This document shows positions 25,536 to 37,919 of a stretch of DNA of 64,000 nt, piece by piece; positions within the stretch are counted from its first letter, which is position 1, and every line of letters starts with the position of its first letter. The DNA lies in assembly GCF_963921235.1 (NCBI RefSeq), contig NC_086097.1, forward strand, positions 216,692,001 to 216,756,000, given 5' to 3'. The notes under the pieces were generated by a model. That model had not been told where the DNA came from. It did no database searches and worked only from the letters and a program-made list of their open reading frames with translations. Made by a program: the position numbers and the translations under genes. This DNA is from Mobula hypostoma. Its lineage: Eukaryota.

Positions 25536-27434
25536 AACAGCCAATTCTCAGTTTTAAAAAAATTCAATTTCCATTAAAGTACACTGGAGTATTTTTCAAA
25601 TTCAACCAAATGAAAGAAAAATGTTTCAGACTTCCCTAAATACATTTCTGTATTCAAAGTACTTTCAGAAACTGTTATTGCTAACTATTGGCAACATGTA
25701 GCTTTTACATTAGAGAATTTAAATGTCAAGTTTGTTCACCAACTTTACAGGTTTTAACCACATTAAACACCAGTCATTCCCAAGTTGGATAATTAAATAA
25801 AATAGTAATTATTTAATAAATAAAGTCATACCTTCACCTCTCAATTCTGACATGAAACATGAGGCCACTGTCCACTGAGTCTACGCCAGTTCTCAGAATT
25901 TCTATCAATTCCTACTTTTTTTCCCTGCCACCTATTCTTTTTTCACATACCTCATTAACTTCTCTCGATTCTCCCAATACCCACCTATAATAGCTGATAA
26001 TTTAAAGTACCCAACTTATCAACAACACATGCTTGTCACACAAAGGAAACCCAAACTGAGAGGGATGTGTGATTACAGGGAGAATATGCAAACCCCACAC
26101 ACACTTTAAGGGTGAAAACAGCTCCCTAATTAGAATCTGAACAAAAAGAGTCCCAAGTTTTAGTTCTGTGTAATATTAATTAGGCATAAAATCAGACCTT
26201 AATGCCCTGGATAAAAAAGATCTTAAGGAAGGAACAGAAAATTGGAAAATAGTGATCTGAATGGAAAGGAAATCAGCAATAGAGGGATAGAAAAAAGGAA
26301 TAAGAGACTGTAATAGATATGCAAAAAAAAAACAAACAGCTTTAAAAAAACCAGGGTATCGGCTTAGTAAAAATCTGTTGCTAGATGGTAAGCAGAAAAC
26401 AATGAAAAATCCACTGCCTGCAATCGTCAGAAAGGTGAATCAAATCCCTAATCTCACTTTTCACTTCATTGAAATGACACCGTGGAGAAGCATTCCAAAG
26501 CAGAGCAATAAAGCATGTCAAACTGGATTAAGTATTGCAGTAATATAAATTACAAGATTTCATAAATGTAGATAGTGTACACACTTCAGAGAGCATTTTG
26601 TAAAAGTGAGAAGTATGAGGAATTGGTAGAATATTCTACAGATTTTCTGACAGCAGCAAATCATTGAGAAATCGTGTACCAAACACTACGAATGACCAAA
26701 ATAATTTCTTCATCAAATCAGAACAGAAGATAGAAAAGCTCAAGCAGATTATGACTTTTTGGACTATTCAAAAATATTCAGTAGTGGTTTGGATTTCACA
26801 ATCTATGAATACAAGAGGGGGAAACAGAATCAAAGGATTCAGAACAATTACCCTTCATCAGGAATGGAGAAATTTTTGAAAACAAACATTAAGTTTCAAA
26901 GAAGGGGCACAGATACAGAGAACAACAGGAATGTCCCTGATAGAGTGGACACAGACTAAACAAAAGTGGCAGTGCTGCCGAACACGCAAAAATAATGAGA
27001 AGTTGTCCATTTGGTCACGATTGTGGCTTATCTTCTACCACAATAATTTTCCTGCAGTATTCAAATATCTCCATTCTCTTAAAATTCAGAAACTTACTGA
27101 TGAATACTTGATGAATCAGATGTGAAGGGGATGTTCCCTAGCTTACTCAGCATTTCCTGTTTTTAATTCAGATTTCAAAACACTGAAATTTACAACCTAG
27201 CCCCCTCTTGAAGAATGAATCTAAGTATTTTAACTATTAAAATACTTACTTATGGATAACAGCCTCTGGTACAAACACCAGTTTTGTCTGCATTATAATT
27301 CCATATTTCTCTTAAATGAGCAAGAGGATTAAATAACAATGTGAAAAGCATGATATCATGAACGGTGAACATGCTAACATTAAATCTGATGCAAGTGTTG
27401 AAAAGGAAAAGCAGAAAGCATAGGTCCAAACTAC

Positions 27435-27539
27435 CTTGCAGATAAGCATGCACAAGTTCTACTATCAATGACCGAGTTAAGAATAACTGAGCAGTGAAAA
27501 GGCAGCAGCTCACGGATATTTACGACGGTATCACAAAGC
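27435..27539 (-). other. Candidate 105-nt exon of an unidentified transcript
   Basis: ctctgttcag acceptor, AAG|gtagtt donor. One open frame LCDTVVNIRELLPFHCSVILNSVIDSRTCACLSA. Confidence 0.25.
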
Positions 27540-28055
27540 CTGAACAGAGTAATGGGGTAGCCCAATATTTTGCACAAAGTATGCAAATTCCTTTCATAAT
27601 TACATAGAACGATGCCATGACCAAAGTTTCAGCTTCCCCAATGCAGCACAATCACAGACTACCTAATGAGTGCTGCAATTGGGAAAAAAAAACTGTTGCT
27701 CTTCTGCAAAGTTGGCTTTTCATTCATGTCAGTGATAGTCCAAATGATTCTTGGAGGATGGTACGTTATGTTCTCCATTAGACTAATGAAATGCCAGTCC
27801 ATGTAGGTTCCTTGGAAATCAAATCTGTTTCCCTTCTTTCATCAATTTCAAATACTATATTTCTGAGAAAACCCTTGTTGTTGCTCTTTAGTCTGCCAAA
27901 AATGATTCAAATCAAGCCTGCAAAATCTATTACTTGGGGTAGTTCCTGTTGCATGATTGAAGTCACCTGGGAAAAGTACTGGCAGGTATGAAGCAACACA
28001 CATCAAAGTTGCTAGTGAATGCAGCAGGCCAGGCAGCATCTCTAGGAAGAGGTAC

Positions 28056-28091
28056 AGTCGACGTTTCGGGCCGAGACCCTTCGTCAGGACT
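28056..28091 (-). ncRNA. Minimal hammerhead ribozyme motif
   Basis: agtc-CUGACGA-a-ggg tctcgg ccc-GAAACGUC-gact. Stem I, stem II and the palindromic ACGU are intact. Confidence 0.8.
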
Positions 28092-29222
28092 AACTGAAGG
28101 AAGAGTTAGTAAGAGATTTGAAAGTGGGGGGGGAGGGGGAGATCCAAAATGATAGGAGAAGACAGGAGGGGGAGGGATGGAGCCAAGAGCTGGACAGGTG
28201 ATTGGCAAAAGGGATATGAGAGGATCATGGGACAGGAGGCCCGGAGAGAAAGACAAGGGGGGGGGGAACCCAGAGGATGGGCAAGGGGTATAGTCAGAGG
28301 GACCGAGGGAGAAAGAGAGAGAGAGAAAGAATGTGTGTATATAAATAAATAACGGATGGGGTACGAGGGGGAGGTGGGGCACTATCCCACCACTAAGCAC
28401 ATCTTTCCCTCCCCCCCATCTCTCTGCTTTCTGCAGGGATCGCTCCCTACGCGACTCCCTTGTCCATTCGCGCCCCCCCCCAATCCCTCCCCACCGATCT
28501 CCCTCCTGGCATTTATCCTTGTAAGCGGAACAAGTGCTACACATGCCCTTACACTTCCCCCCTTACCACCATTCAGGGCCCCAGACAGTCCTTCCAGGTG
28601 AGGCGACACTTCACCTGTGAGTCGGCTGGGGTGATATACTGCGTCCGGTGCTCCCGATGTGGCCTTCTATATATTGGCGAGACCTGACGCAGACTGGGAG
28701 ACTGCTTTGCTGATCACCTATGCTCTGTCTGCCAGAGAAAGCAGGATCTCCCAGTGGCCACATATTTTAATACCACATCCCATTCCCATTCTGACATGTC
28801 TATCCACGGCCTCCTCTACTGTAAAGATGAAGCCACACTCAGGTTGGAGGAACAACACCTTATATTCCATCTGGGTAGCCTCCAACCTGATGGCATGAAC
28901 ATTGACTTCTCTAACTTCCGCTAATGCCCCTCCTCCCCCTCGTACCCCATCTGTTATTTATTTATATACACACATTCTTTCTCGCTCTCTCCTTTTTCCT
29001 CCCTCTGTCCCTCTGACTATACCCCTTGCCCATCCTCTGGGTTTCCCCCCCACTTGTCTTTCTCCCCAGACCTCCTGTCCCATGATCCTCTCATATTCCC
29101 TTTGCCAATCACCTGTCCAGCTCTTGGCTCCTTCCCTCCCCCTCCTGTCTTCTCCTATCATTTCGGATCTCCCCCTCCCCCACCCCCCACTTTCAAATCT
29201 CTTACTAGCTCTTCCTTCAGTT

Positions 29223-29258
29223 AGTCCTGACGAAGGGTCTCGGTCTGAAACGTCGACT
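29223..29258 (+). ncRNA. Minimal hammerhead ribozyme motif
   Basis: agtc-CUGACGA-agggtctcggtct-GAAACGUC-gact. Confidence 0.7.
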
Positions 29259-29816
29259 GTACCTCTTCCTAGAGATGCTGCCTGGCCTGCTGTGTTCACC
29301 AGCAACTTTGATTTGTGTTGCTTGAATTTCCAGCATCTGCAGAATTCCTGTTGGCAGGTATGAAGCAGCTTTTTAGTCGATAAAACGAGATACAGCAGGA
29401 ATCATATGGAGACACTTTCAGTGGAAAGGTCTCCCTGGCCCAACGTGGGGCTTGATATTTTATGTGCTAAATATCAAAGGACAATTCTATATTTACAGTG
29501 CTTTCTTTGAAACTACAAACACATTTCACATCTCCTGATTCACACCCACACCTCAGACAGCTAAATGAATTTTCATCAGCATTCACGGCTTTTAGGAACC
29601 TATTGTTTACTTAAATTAAATCTGCAATTTACATTCAGATTTGAGGACTGATGGCTGAGAAGTCATTTGCTAAATGTAAATGTGCGAAACCAAAAAAACA
29701 CTAACAGATCCAACTGTTTAACTGTCATTTTCTTTGCAGGTTTAACAATTAATTATCTGCTTGTATTTTAAGTAGACTTTATATACACAACAGTTTAATG
29801 TGCCTCTAGTGGCTAT

Positions 29817-30240
29817 CCATTTCTCTGTGGATTGTCACCTTGTCGCGGTGGAGAAGCTTGTGTGGCCCTGAGATCCCAAGAGCGATACCGTCTGGAGCTA
29901 TGCTCCTGGTAGGGTCACCCATGGCGGTAAGGTCGAGGGTGAGGTCCCTGACAAAGAACAATCCAACCAAGACCTCAAGGATGGAACAGGCGGATGAAGT
30001 TACTTCGAACTCAACGGCTGTGAAGGCAGATGAAGGCTGCAACAAATCCATCAGCTGCAATGGTCGTGGCTTCCATGCCATTGGAATCAGTTGGTTGATT
30101 TGTGAAGTATCGTGTGCTTTTTGGAGTGCAACATCAAGTATATGTTAAACAAATACACACACAGGTGTCTTCGCTCTGTGGGCCACTTGATCAACAGAAC
30201 GAAGACCATCATCCTCAACCTCGAGGGATAGCCACGACAG
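29817..30240 (+). mobile_element. Short non-autonomous RTE-derived (bipartite) retroelement
   Basis: 9-bp TSD agtggctat (29808-29816, 30241-30249). RTE/BovB-like 5' UTR (caccttgtcgcggtggagaagcttg...gggtcacccatggcgg) joined to a short 3' end. Confidence 0.7.
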
Positions 30241-30568
30241 AGTGGCTATACAAAGTATAATTCTGAAACTTCTTTGTTTTTCATTAAGTGAATGAGTATT
30301 CTCTCATTGGTTAATTTTCAATGCAGTATTGACTAAGTCTATTGGTTGTTGTTATCCAAGGATTTGAATGGAATTTTTCTTATCTTTGGGTATAAAAGTA
30401 GCTGTTTTATGTTGGGCACCATCTTTAGTTTCTCTTCTTAAGTAACAAGTCCTCTGTTCTTGTTTGTTTCTACTTCCCTTCAACTTCAACGATCATGAAG
30501 CAACACGTTTTATGCCTCATCCCTGACTTCTAAAAGAACCTAGGGTTTAAATCCCAGAATCAAACAAT

Positions 30569-30586
30569 TAGCATAGTCGGAGAAGA
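30569..30586 (+). promoter_or_regulatory. Degenerate tRNA-Ser primer-binding site
   Basis: tagcatagtcgg vs TGGCGTAGTCGG (complement of the tRNA-Ser 3' end), two G-to-A changes, right after the LTR end. Confidence 0.55.
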
Positions 30587-31693
30587 CATTACCAGGTTTA
30601 GCATTTGAAACACTCGAAAATATGTTCCTCTTTTGTCTGGGAGAAAAACAAGTTCTGACTTTGAACATTGGGTGGATGTTAGTTAGGATTAATGACTGCT
30701 GAGTTGCTCTCTGTTTAAGAAAACGGAACCTGGTAGAGCCACATCCAAAGTTAGGAATGCAGACTAAATATGCAAACCAGTAGAGCAGCAAAAATTAAAT
30801 CCATATGTAAGCAGTGGAGCATGGATAGAAAGATAATAAATCTGGGCAAGCCAGAGAAGTGAGTGAGAAAACTCAAATATGTGCATGTTAGTGGACCACA
30901 GAGGAAAAAATAAATTCAGGGTGCAAGACAATCTGTTAAAATTTCAGCTGCAAACGACTAATATTTGTAGATCACAGTCAAAGTGGTTAAAAAGTACGTA
31001 CAAATCAAGATAGGATTGAAAACAACGGTCCAAGCTGTGAAACCCAAGAACTCTTACTTGAATAAGAAGTCTCAAATGGATAAAAATCAATGAAGTCTGG
31101 ACAAAAAATACCAACAATTTTAAGTGTATTAAGATCCAGAAAATGGCTACCACTGATTTACAGATAAGACTGCATGGTTGGTTTAATCGAATGTGTAAGC
31201 GATTAATGAGACAAGTAAAGTCTTTTACAAATCGAAACGAGATGAACTACAAAAACAGCATGATAGTGACACTAAACATTCTAAAGAGCAAATTTTTGCA
31301 TTAACCAAATGAATGAAAGTACAACACGATAATTCAATCGAAGCCACACACCCAACATGCTGGAATAACTTGTGTTTGTGTGTTGCTCTGGACTTCCAAC
31401 ATCTGCAGAATCTCATTTTTAATTCAATCGAACTGGATTGTTTGGGGCTTAGAAACAAACTGAAACATTGTAAGAAAGTTTCGCCACAACTTCAAGGAGG
31501 CAACCTGCTGGTAACGCTTCCAGTGACACTAGTATTGTTGGCACTCTGCTCAGGGAAACACCCATTTCGGAAGCTTCCCCCTGGGAAACATCAGACAGTC
31601 TACTAACACAGAGCCACCATGCAGACTCCTGAGAATTACAGACTACATAGGACAGTCATCCAACATAACGACACCATTTGAACTCCAAGAAAT

Positions 31694-32329
31694 TATGATT
31701 TATATGATTATGAGAACACGCAGTCCCCTTTTATTGTTATTTAGTAATGCATGCATTAAGAAATGATAAAATCTTTTTCCAGAATGATATCATGAAAACA
31801 CATGACAAACCGACTTAAAAACTAACAAAAACCACATATTATAATATATAGTTACAACAGTGCAAAGCAATACCATAATTTGATAAGAACAGACCAGGGC
31901 ACAGTAAAAGTCTCAAAGTCCCTCGAAAGTCCCATCATCTCATGCAGACGGTAAACCTCCAGCGCCACCAACTTGCCGGTGCAGCATCCCGGAAGCATCC
32001 GGCCACAGTCCAACTCAGAGTCCGTCCCAAAAACGCCGAGCCTCCGCCCACCTCCCGACACCGAGCACTATCTCTGCCGAACGCTTCAACCCCGGCCCCG
32101 GCAACAGGCAATACACAAAGTCGAGGATTTGGGGCCCTGGTCTCTGGAGATTCTCGATTGCACAGTAGCAACGGCAGCAAAGCAGGCATTTCAGAAGTTA
32201 CTCCAGGTGTTCCTCTGCGCTTCTCACGGCTGCCTCCATCAAATCCGGATTGTGCACGGCACCCCTAGTTAAACATATCGATATCATTCAGAACGGCCGC
32301 GCACGCTGCATCGCGTCGCCATCTTCTTC
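31694..32329 (-). mobile_element. ~630-bp non-coding LINE-dependent short element, copy 1
   Basis: GC-rich 5' start aagatggcg, 3' aataaa plus (ATCATA)-like tail. Homologous to 50451-51078 and 59394-60056. Confidence 0.75.
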
Positions 32330-33329
32330 ACATTACAGGATGGCCATGATATCATCCCCTGCCACTCAAGTGAGGATGACAGTGATGAAGCAATAAAATT
32401 GACAGCGATGTCAGAGGTTTGCTCCAATAAAGACCAAGGAAGTGAAGACACAGGACCTGAAGATACATCAACTATTGTTGTATCTCAACCATCAACTGAA
32501 GGACAGAAAGTGCTCAGGTGGCTCTGACGTTATAGAACAGAAAGTGTTTCAAACTTTAAAGCTGACATTGTGTACCATAATTGCCTTTAAAATCCCTGAT
32601 TGGTAAAACATTCTCTCAATATTTAACGAGCAACAGATGATGGCAGTCTTAATTCAAGAACATGGAGAACAGCAGCATCCTGTTGATTATCACTCTGCCA
32701 AAAATCAGATTCTATACGCTGATGGCTCCTCAGCAACTGAGAGGGAATTTGAATGGTTGTTTATGGAACTGAAGTGCTTGCATCAGGAAGCATAGCTCCT
32801 GGTACCCCTGTGCAACAGGTAGAACTAAAAGCTTTGATTGTAACCTGCGAGTCAGAAGTAGTAAGATCAGCTAATATCTACCCCAATTCTCGATTTGCGT
32901 TTGGAAATTTATGGAGACAGAGGATTTCTTACCGCTGTAAAATGGTCAACTAGTACAAGAACTTATGGATGCCATACAACTGCTGTCTAAACATTACTCC
33001 AAATGGCTACAATGAAAAGCCGTGGCCATGTATTTGCAGATGAAATTTCAGAAAAAGGTTGCATGGTAGAAAAGGTAGTAAAAACAGTACCAAGAACATA
33101 TACAGTGAACCTGACAACTGGAACTATGGAAACTAATTACTTATGGTGCAACTGTAACGAAAACCAATTTCCCTCGGGATCAATAAAGTATGACTATGAC
33201 TATGACTACTACCATACAAGTGCAAAGTGGTACAAATTCAACAGTCCAGACAGGAAAATTGGTTCTGGATGGAGAATGGTGTGAACAGTGATGGAATCTG
33301 GAGATATGGCAATAAATATTGATAATATG

Positions 33330-35100
33330 AGACAAGAGTTCTTAAAAAGTGATTCCATTGGTTGTGGGAACAGATTCGGTCTTGGGGTGAGTCAAGTTAT
33401 CCCCTGTGGTTCAAGAGCCTGACGGCTAAGGGGTAATAACTGTTCCTGAATCTGCTGGTGTGGGTCCTAAGGCTCCTGTACCACGTTCCTGACGGCAGGA
33501 GTGAGAAGAGAGCATGACCTAGATGGTGGAGGTTCTTGATGGATGCTATTTTTCTGAAACAGCACTTCATGTAGTGCTCAATGGTGGGGAGGGCTTTACC
33601 TGTGATGGACTGGGCTGTATCCACTACTTTTTGTAGGCCATTCAAGAGCATCAGTGTTTCCACACCAGGCCATGAGGGAACCAGTCTATACTCTCCGCCA
33701 CACATCTATAGAAGTTTGTCAAAGTTTTAGATGAAATGCCAAAACTTCATAAACTTCCAAGAAAGTAGAGATGCTGTCATGCTTTCTTTGTAATAGCATT
33801 TACATGCTGGACCCAGGACAGATCCCCTGAAAATATAACACCAAGAAATTTAAAGTTGTGACCCTCTACACTTGATCCCCTGATAAGGACTGGCACATGG
33901 ACCTCCGGTTTCCTCCTCCTATGGTCAATAACCAGCTCTTTGGTTTTGTTGCCAGTGGGTGGGTGGTTGTTATGACACCATTCAGCCAGATTTTCAATCT
34001 CCCTCCTGTAAGCTAATTCATCACCACCTTTGATTCATCAGTAAATATAAATATGGCATTGGAGCCATGCTTAGCCTCACAGCCATAAGTAAAGCAAGCA
34101 GATCCAGGGGGCGAAGCATAAAACCTTGTGGTCCACCTGTGTTGATGGTGACTGTGGAGGAGATGCTCCGGCCAGTCCGAACTGACTGGGGTTTGCAAGT
34201 GAGGAAGTTAAGGATCCAATTGCACAAGGAGGTTTTGAGGCCTAGATATTGGAGTTTATATATAGTTCTGAGGGGATATTAGTATTGAATGCTAATCTGT
34301 AGTCAATGAAGTACATCCTGATCTATGTACCCTCGTTGTCCAGATGTTCTAGGGTTGAGTGAAGAGCCAATGAAATGGCATATACTGTTGACCTGATGTG
34401 ACAGTAGACAACCTGGAGCAGACTCAGGTCTTACCTCAGACAGGAGTTGATATATTTCATCACCAATCTCACAAAGCACTTCATCACAGTGCATGTAAGC
34501 GCTACTGGACAACAGTCATTGAGGCAGGTTACCAAGTTCTTCTTAGGCACCGATATAATTGAAGCCTGTTTGAAGCAGGTAGGTACCTCAGACTGAGGAA
34601 GTGAGAGGTTAAAGATATCACTGAACACTCCACCCAGTTGATCAGCACAGGTCTTTTGTACTTGGCCAGGAATCCCATCTGGGCCAGAAGCTTTCCATGG
34701 GTTCACCCTCCTGAGGGATGCTTCATGCTAACCTCAGAGACGGAAATCACAGGATCATTGGGGGCTGTGGGAGTTTATGAAAGTTCTTCCATGTTTTGAC
34801 TGTCAAAGCAAGCATAAAAGGCACTGAGTTCATCTGGGAGTGTAAGCTTTTTGTCACCTATATCACTTGGTTTCACTTTGTAGGGCATGATAACATTCAA
34901 GCCCCACCACAGCTGTCCAGCATCCTTCAATGTCCAACACTGCCACTTTGCATTCAAAATGGCTTTCTGCGGATCAGACCTGGCCTTCTTGTATTTTACA
35001 AGGTCCCCACACCTGAACACCATGGCTCTGGCCTTCAGCAAAATTAAATCCATGGAACCAAATTTTATGGTCAAACCAAAAGCCTGGCTTGTAACCTGAA
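33330..35100 (-). mobile_element. Rex1/Babar-like LINE, degraded
   Basis: [10 protein letters not shown]...[15 protein letters not shown]...CFK..SII.VPKK...[38 protein letters not shown]. Confidence 0.85.
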
Positions 35101-36589
35101 GCTGTGAAATTTCCAATCATTCTCATGCAAGCTAAATTTTACAATGCAATAGAGGTGGTGTCTTTTTAAAAATACTTCCGTCATAAACCAATGTTAAATG
35201 TCCCTGTTGCGTATTAAACACTGAAAAAGGATATTGCCATGAATACTTGCTTAAATATTATAAGAAAATCAGATATCACTAATGTCTAAATCTAAAGATG
35301 TTATTAGATACAATATTTATGGGACTGTAAAAAATATAAAAGTTCCATTAATTTTGCAATCCCTTTAATAAACAAACGCAGAAAAAGAAATTTCATTATT
35401 GCTTGAAATTCGTGTTTTCCACATTTCAAACATACACGTCTCAGTATTCATTGAATAGACGGGCATTTGGGCTGTGCTTATAACCAATAAAAACTACTGT
35501 ACTACCACCACCATCAGCAAGTAGCAGAGAAGCCTTGGATCCCACACCACAAGGTTAAGGAAGTTATAACCCACAACCATCAGGCTCCTGAACCAGCACG
35601 GTTACCTTCAATCACCACTACTTTCAACTCATTCTATGACATACAGACTCACTTTCAAGCACTCTACAATTCAAATTGTTGGTATTATTTATTATATATA
35701 TTTGCACAGTTTGTCTTCTTATTTGCCAGTCCTTGTTTAGGTGTCATTTTCATGAATTCTATTGTATTTTTTATTCACATGTAGAATAAAGGCGACATAT
35801 ACACAATTTGACAATAAGTTTACTTCGGCTTTGAAGTTTTAAGTACAAACAAGATTATTGGATTGTAGTTACGCTATTCTGAATAATTGAAAGGATTTCT
35901 TGGAACAAGAGTTATAATTTAATAGATGTGGAATGCTTTGAAGACATAAAAATGTTATAGCTAGATCACTCTGGGCAATCTGCTACCCAGTCTTAATACC
36001 CACAGTCTCTACCCACATACACTTACAACTTCAGCAATTATCAAAGACCATAAAAGGCTTTTTTTTTAAAAAATGAAGAGAATTCAAAATGATTTCAACA
36101 AATTTAAACAAATTCTTGAGCTTCTACAAATCAGCAAACTCATTGACACAACCAACACAAAGCTGAAGGCTGATGAAGTGCATCTGGATGTTCTATTATA
36201 TAAATCACTGCAGTGGACTGGGTTCATTAACTAGCTTAGCAATGGACATGAACAGCAATATGAATGGCAATTTATTTATCAAACAGCATAAACTCACCAA
36301 ATAGAGCTTATTTTCATGATCTAGGATGGCATTCAGCTTATCAGTTCACACCAGCTTCCAGAAGGGCAAGAGTATCAATCCCATTCCTCCTCTCCTTAAC
36401 TCTTTGTAGCCTGAAACATTCCTCCCATTTTTGAATTTCTTGCCACTTACCTACAAAGGTGAATTTATGATAACCAGCATTTTTGTGGATTGGAGGAAAA
36501 CCACACCAACAGAGAGAAAAAGAATTCTGGTTCCAAATGGACGGCAAAGGCCAGGAATGAACATATGGTTAGCCAGTGATAAACATGAG

Positions 36590-37860
36590 GAAGTTTGCAG
36601 ATGCTGAAAAGCCAAAGCAATACACACAAAATGCTGGTGGAACTCAGCAGATCAAGCAGCATCTACGGAAATGAAGAATCAATGTTTTCAACCAAGACCC
36701 TTCTTCCAGACTGGAAAGGAAGGGGGAAGATGCCATCAATATGGTGGGTGGGAAGGGACGGAGGATAGCCAGGTGATAAGTGAAGCCAGGTGAGTCAGAA
36801 AGATAAAGGGAAGGAGAGGAAGAAGTCGCCAGGATAGGAAAGTGGACCATAGAAGAAAGGGACTCATGGGGAAGTGAAAGACAGGAGGGAAGAGGCAAAA
36901 AGTCAGTGTGGGGAATAGAAGAGAGGAGGAGGAGAGAGGAGAAATCAATATTCATGCCATCAGGTTGAAGGCTATACAGAAGGAAGACAACGCGTTGCTC
37001 CTCTGTCCTGAGGGTGGCCTCATCTTGGCACAAGAGATGGTCATCGACCAATATGTCAGAACAGGAATGCCAGAATTAAAATTAAAATGATCGGCCACCG
37101 GGAAGCTCTACTTTTGGCAGATGGAGTGAAGGTGCACAACAAAACAGTTCCCCAATCTACGACAAATCTCACCAATGTAGAGGAGACCGCATCAGGAGCG
37201 CTGGACACAGCAAGTTCGCAGGTGAAGTGTTGCCTCACCTGGATGAGCTGTTTGAGCCCTGAATAGAGGTTAGGGAGGAGGTAAATGGCCAGGTGTCGCA
37301 CTTAGGCCACTTGCAGGAGTAAGTGCTGGGAGATTAGTGGGAAGGATGAATCAACAAGGGAATCACGGAATGAGCAATCCCTGCAGGAACTTGGGGGGGC
37401 GGGGAAGAGACAAAGATACGTTTGGTGATAGGACCCCTTTGGAGATGACAAAAGTGGCAGAGGATGATGTGTGGATGCAGAAGCTCATGAAATGGTAGGT
37501 AAGAACAAGAGGAACTAACACTGTTAAGGCGGTAGGAAGATGGGGTGAGCGCCAATGTTTGGGAAATAGAGGAGGAGTAGGTGAGGGCAGCATCAAAAAG
37601 GTGGAGGAAGAGAAACCCCGTTCTTTGAAGAAAATGATAACTCTAATGTTCTGGAAAGGAAAGCCGCATCCTGGGAACATGAAGTGGAGATAAAGGAACT
37701 GAGAAAAGGTGATAGCATTTTTTTTTTAAACAGGAGACAGAGTGGGAAGAGTTGTAGTCAAGATAACTGTGGGAATTCATAGGTTTATAAAGGATGTCAG
37801 TTGACAGTTTGTCTCCAGAGATGGAGACAGATCAAGAAAGGGGAGGGAGTTGTCAGAAAT
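36590..37860 (-). mobile_element. Penelope-like element, degraded
   Basis: VPLVLTYH, QVRQHFTCE, DEATLR.EEQ...LQPDGMNIDF and the PLE tail. Confidence 0.8.
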
Positions 37861-37919
37861 AGTTAGCCAACATGCCATTATTTCTTGCCAAATAATTTAA
37901 TTCTGAATATGTACACAAA

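Larger units (their letters stand above)
27996..29351 (+). mobile_element. Penelope-like element with inverted tail
   Basis: About 27996-28380 is inverted relative to about 28925-29320. Central GIY-YIG region has one stop. 16-bp TSD tggcaggtatgaagca (27980-27995, 29352-29367). Confidence 0.92.
27947..29792 (-). mobile_element. Probable solo LTR (~470 bp) split by the Penelope insertion
   Basis: tgttg...caaca ends and TATA-like / poly(A)-like signals on the minus strand. TSD only partly matched (gttcc/gttta). Confidence 0.4.
30250..33330 (+). mobile_element. Degraded class I endogenous retrovirus (LTR part, PBS, gag leader, pol fragments)
   Basis: tataaaa at 30391, LTR end ...aaca at 30566, PBS-like 30569-30586. 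RT-connection motif AVLIQEHG..QHPV and RNase H motifs YADGSS, QQVELKAL, NIYPNSRFAFG, LWRQRG at about 32640-33060. Confidence 0.7.
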
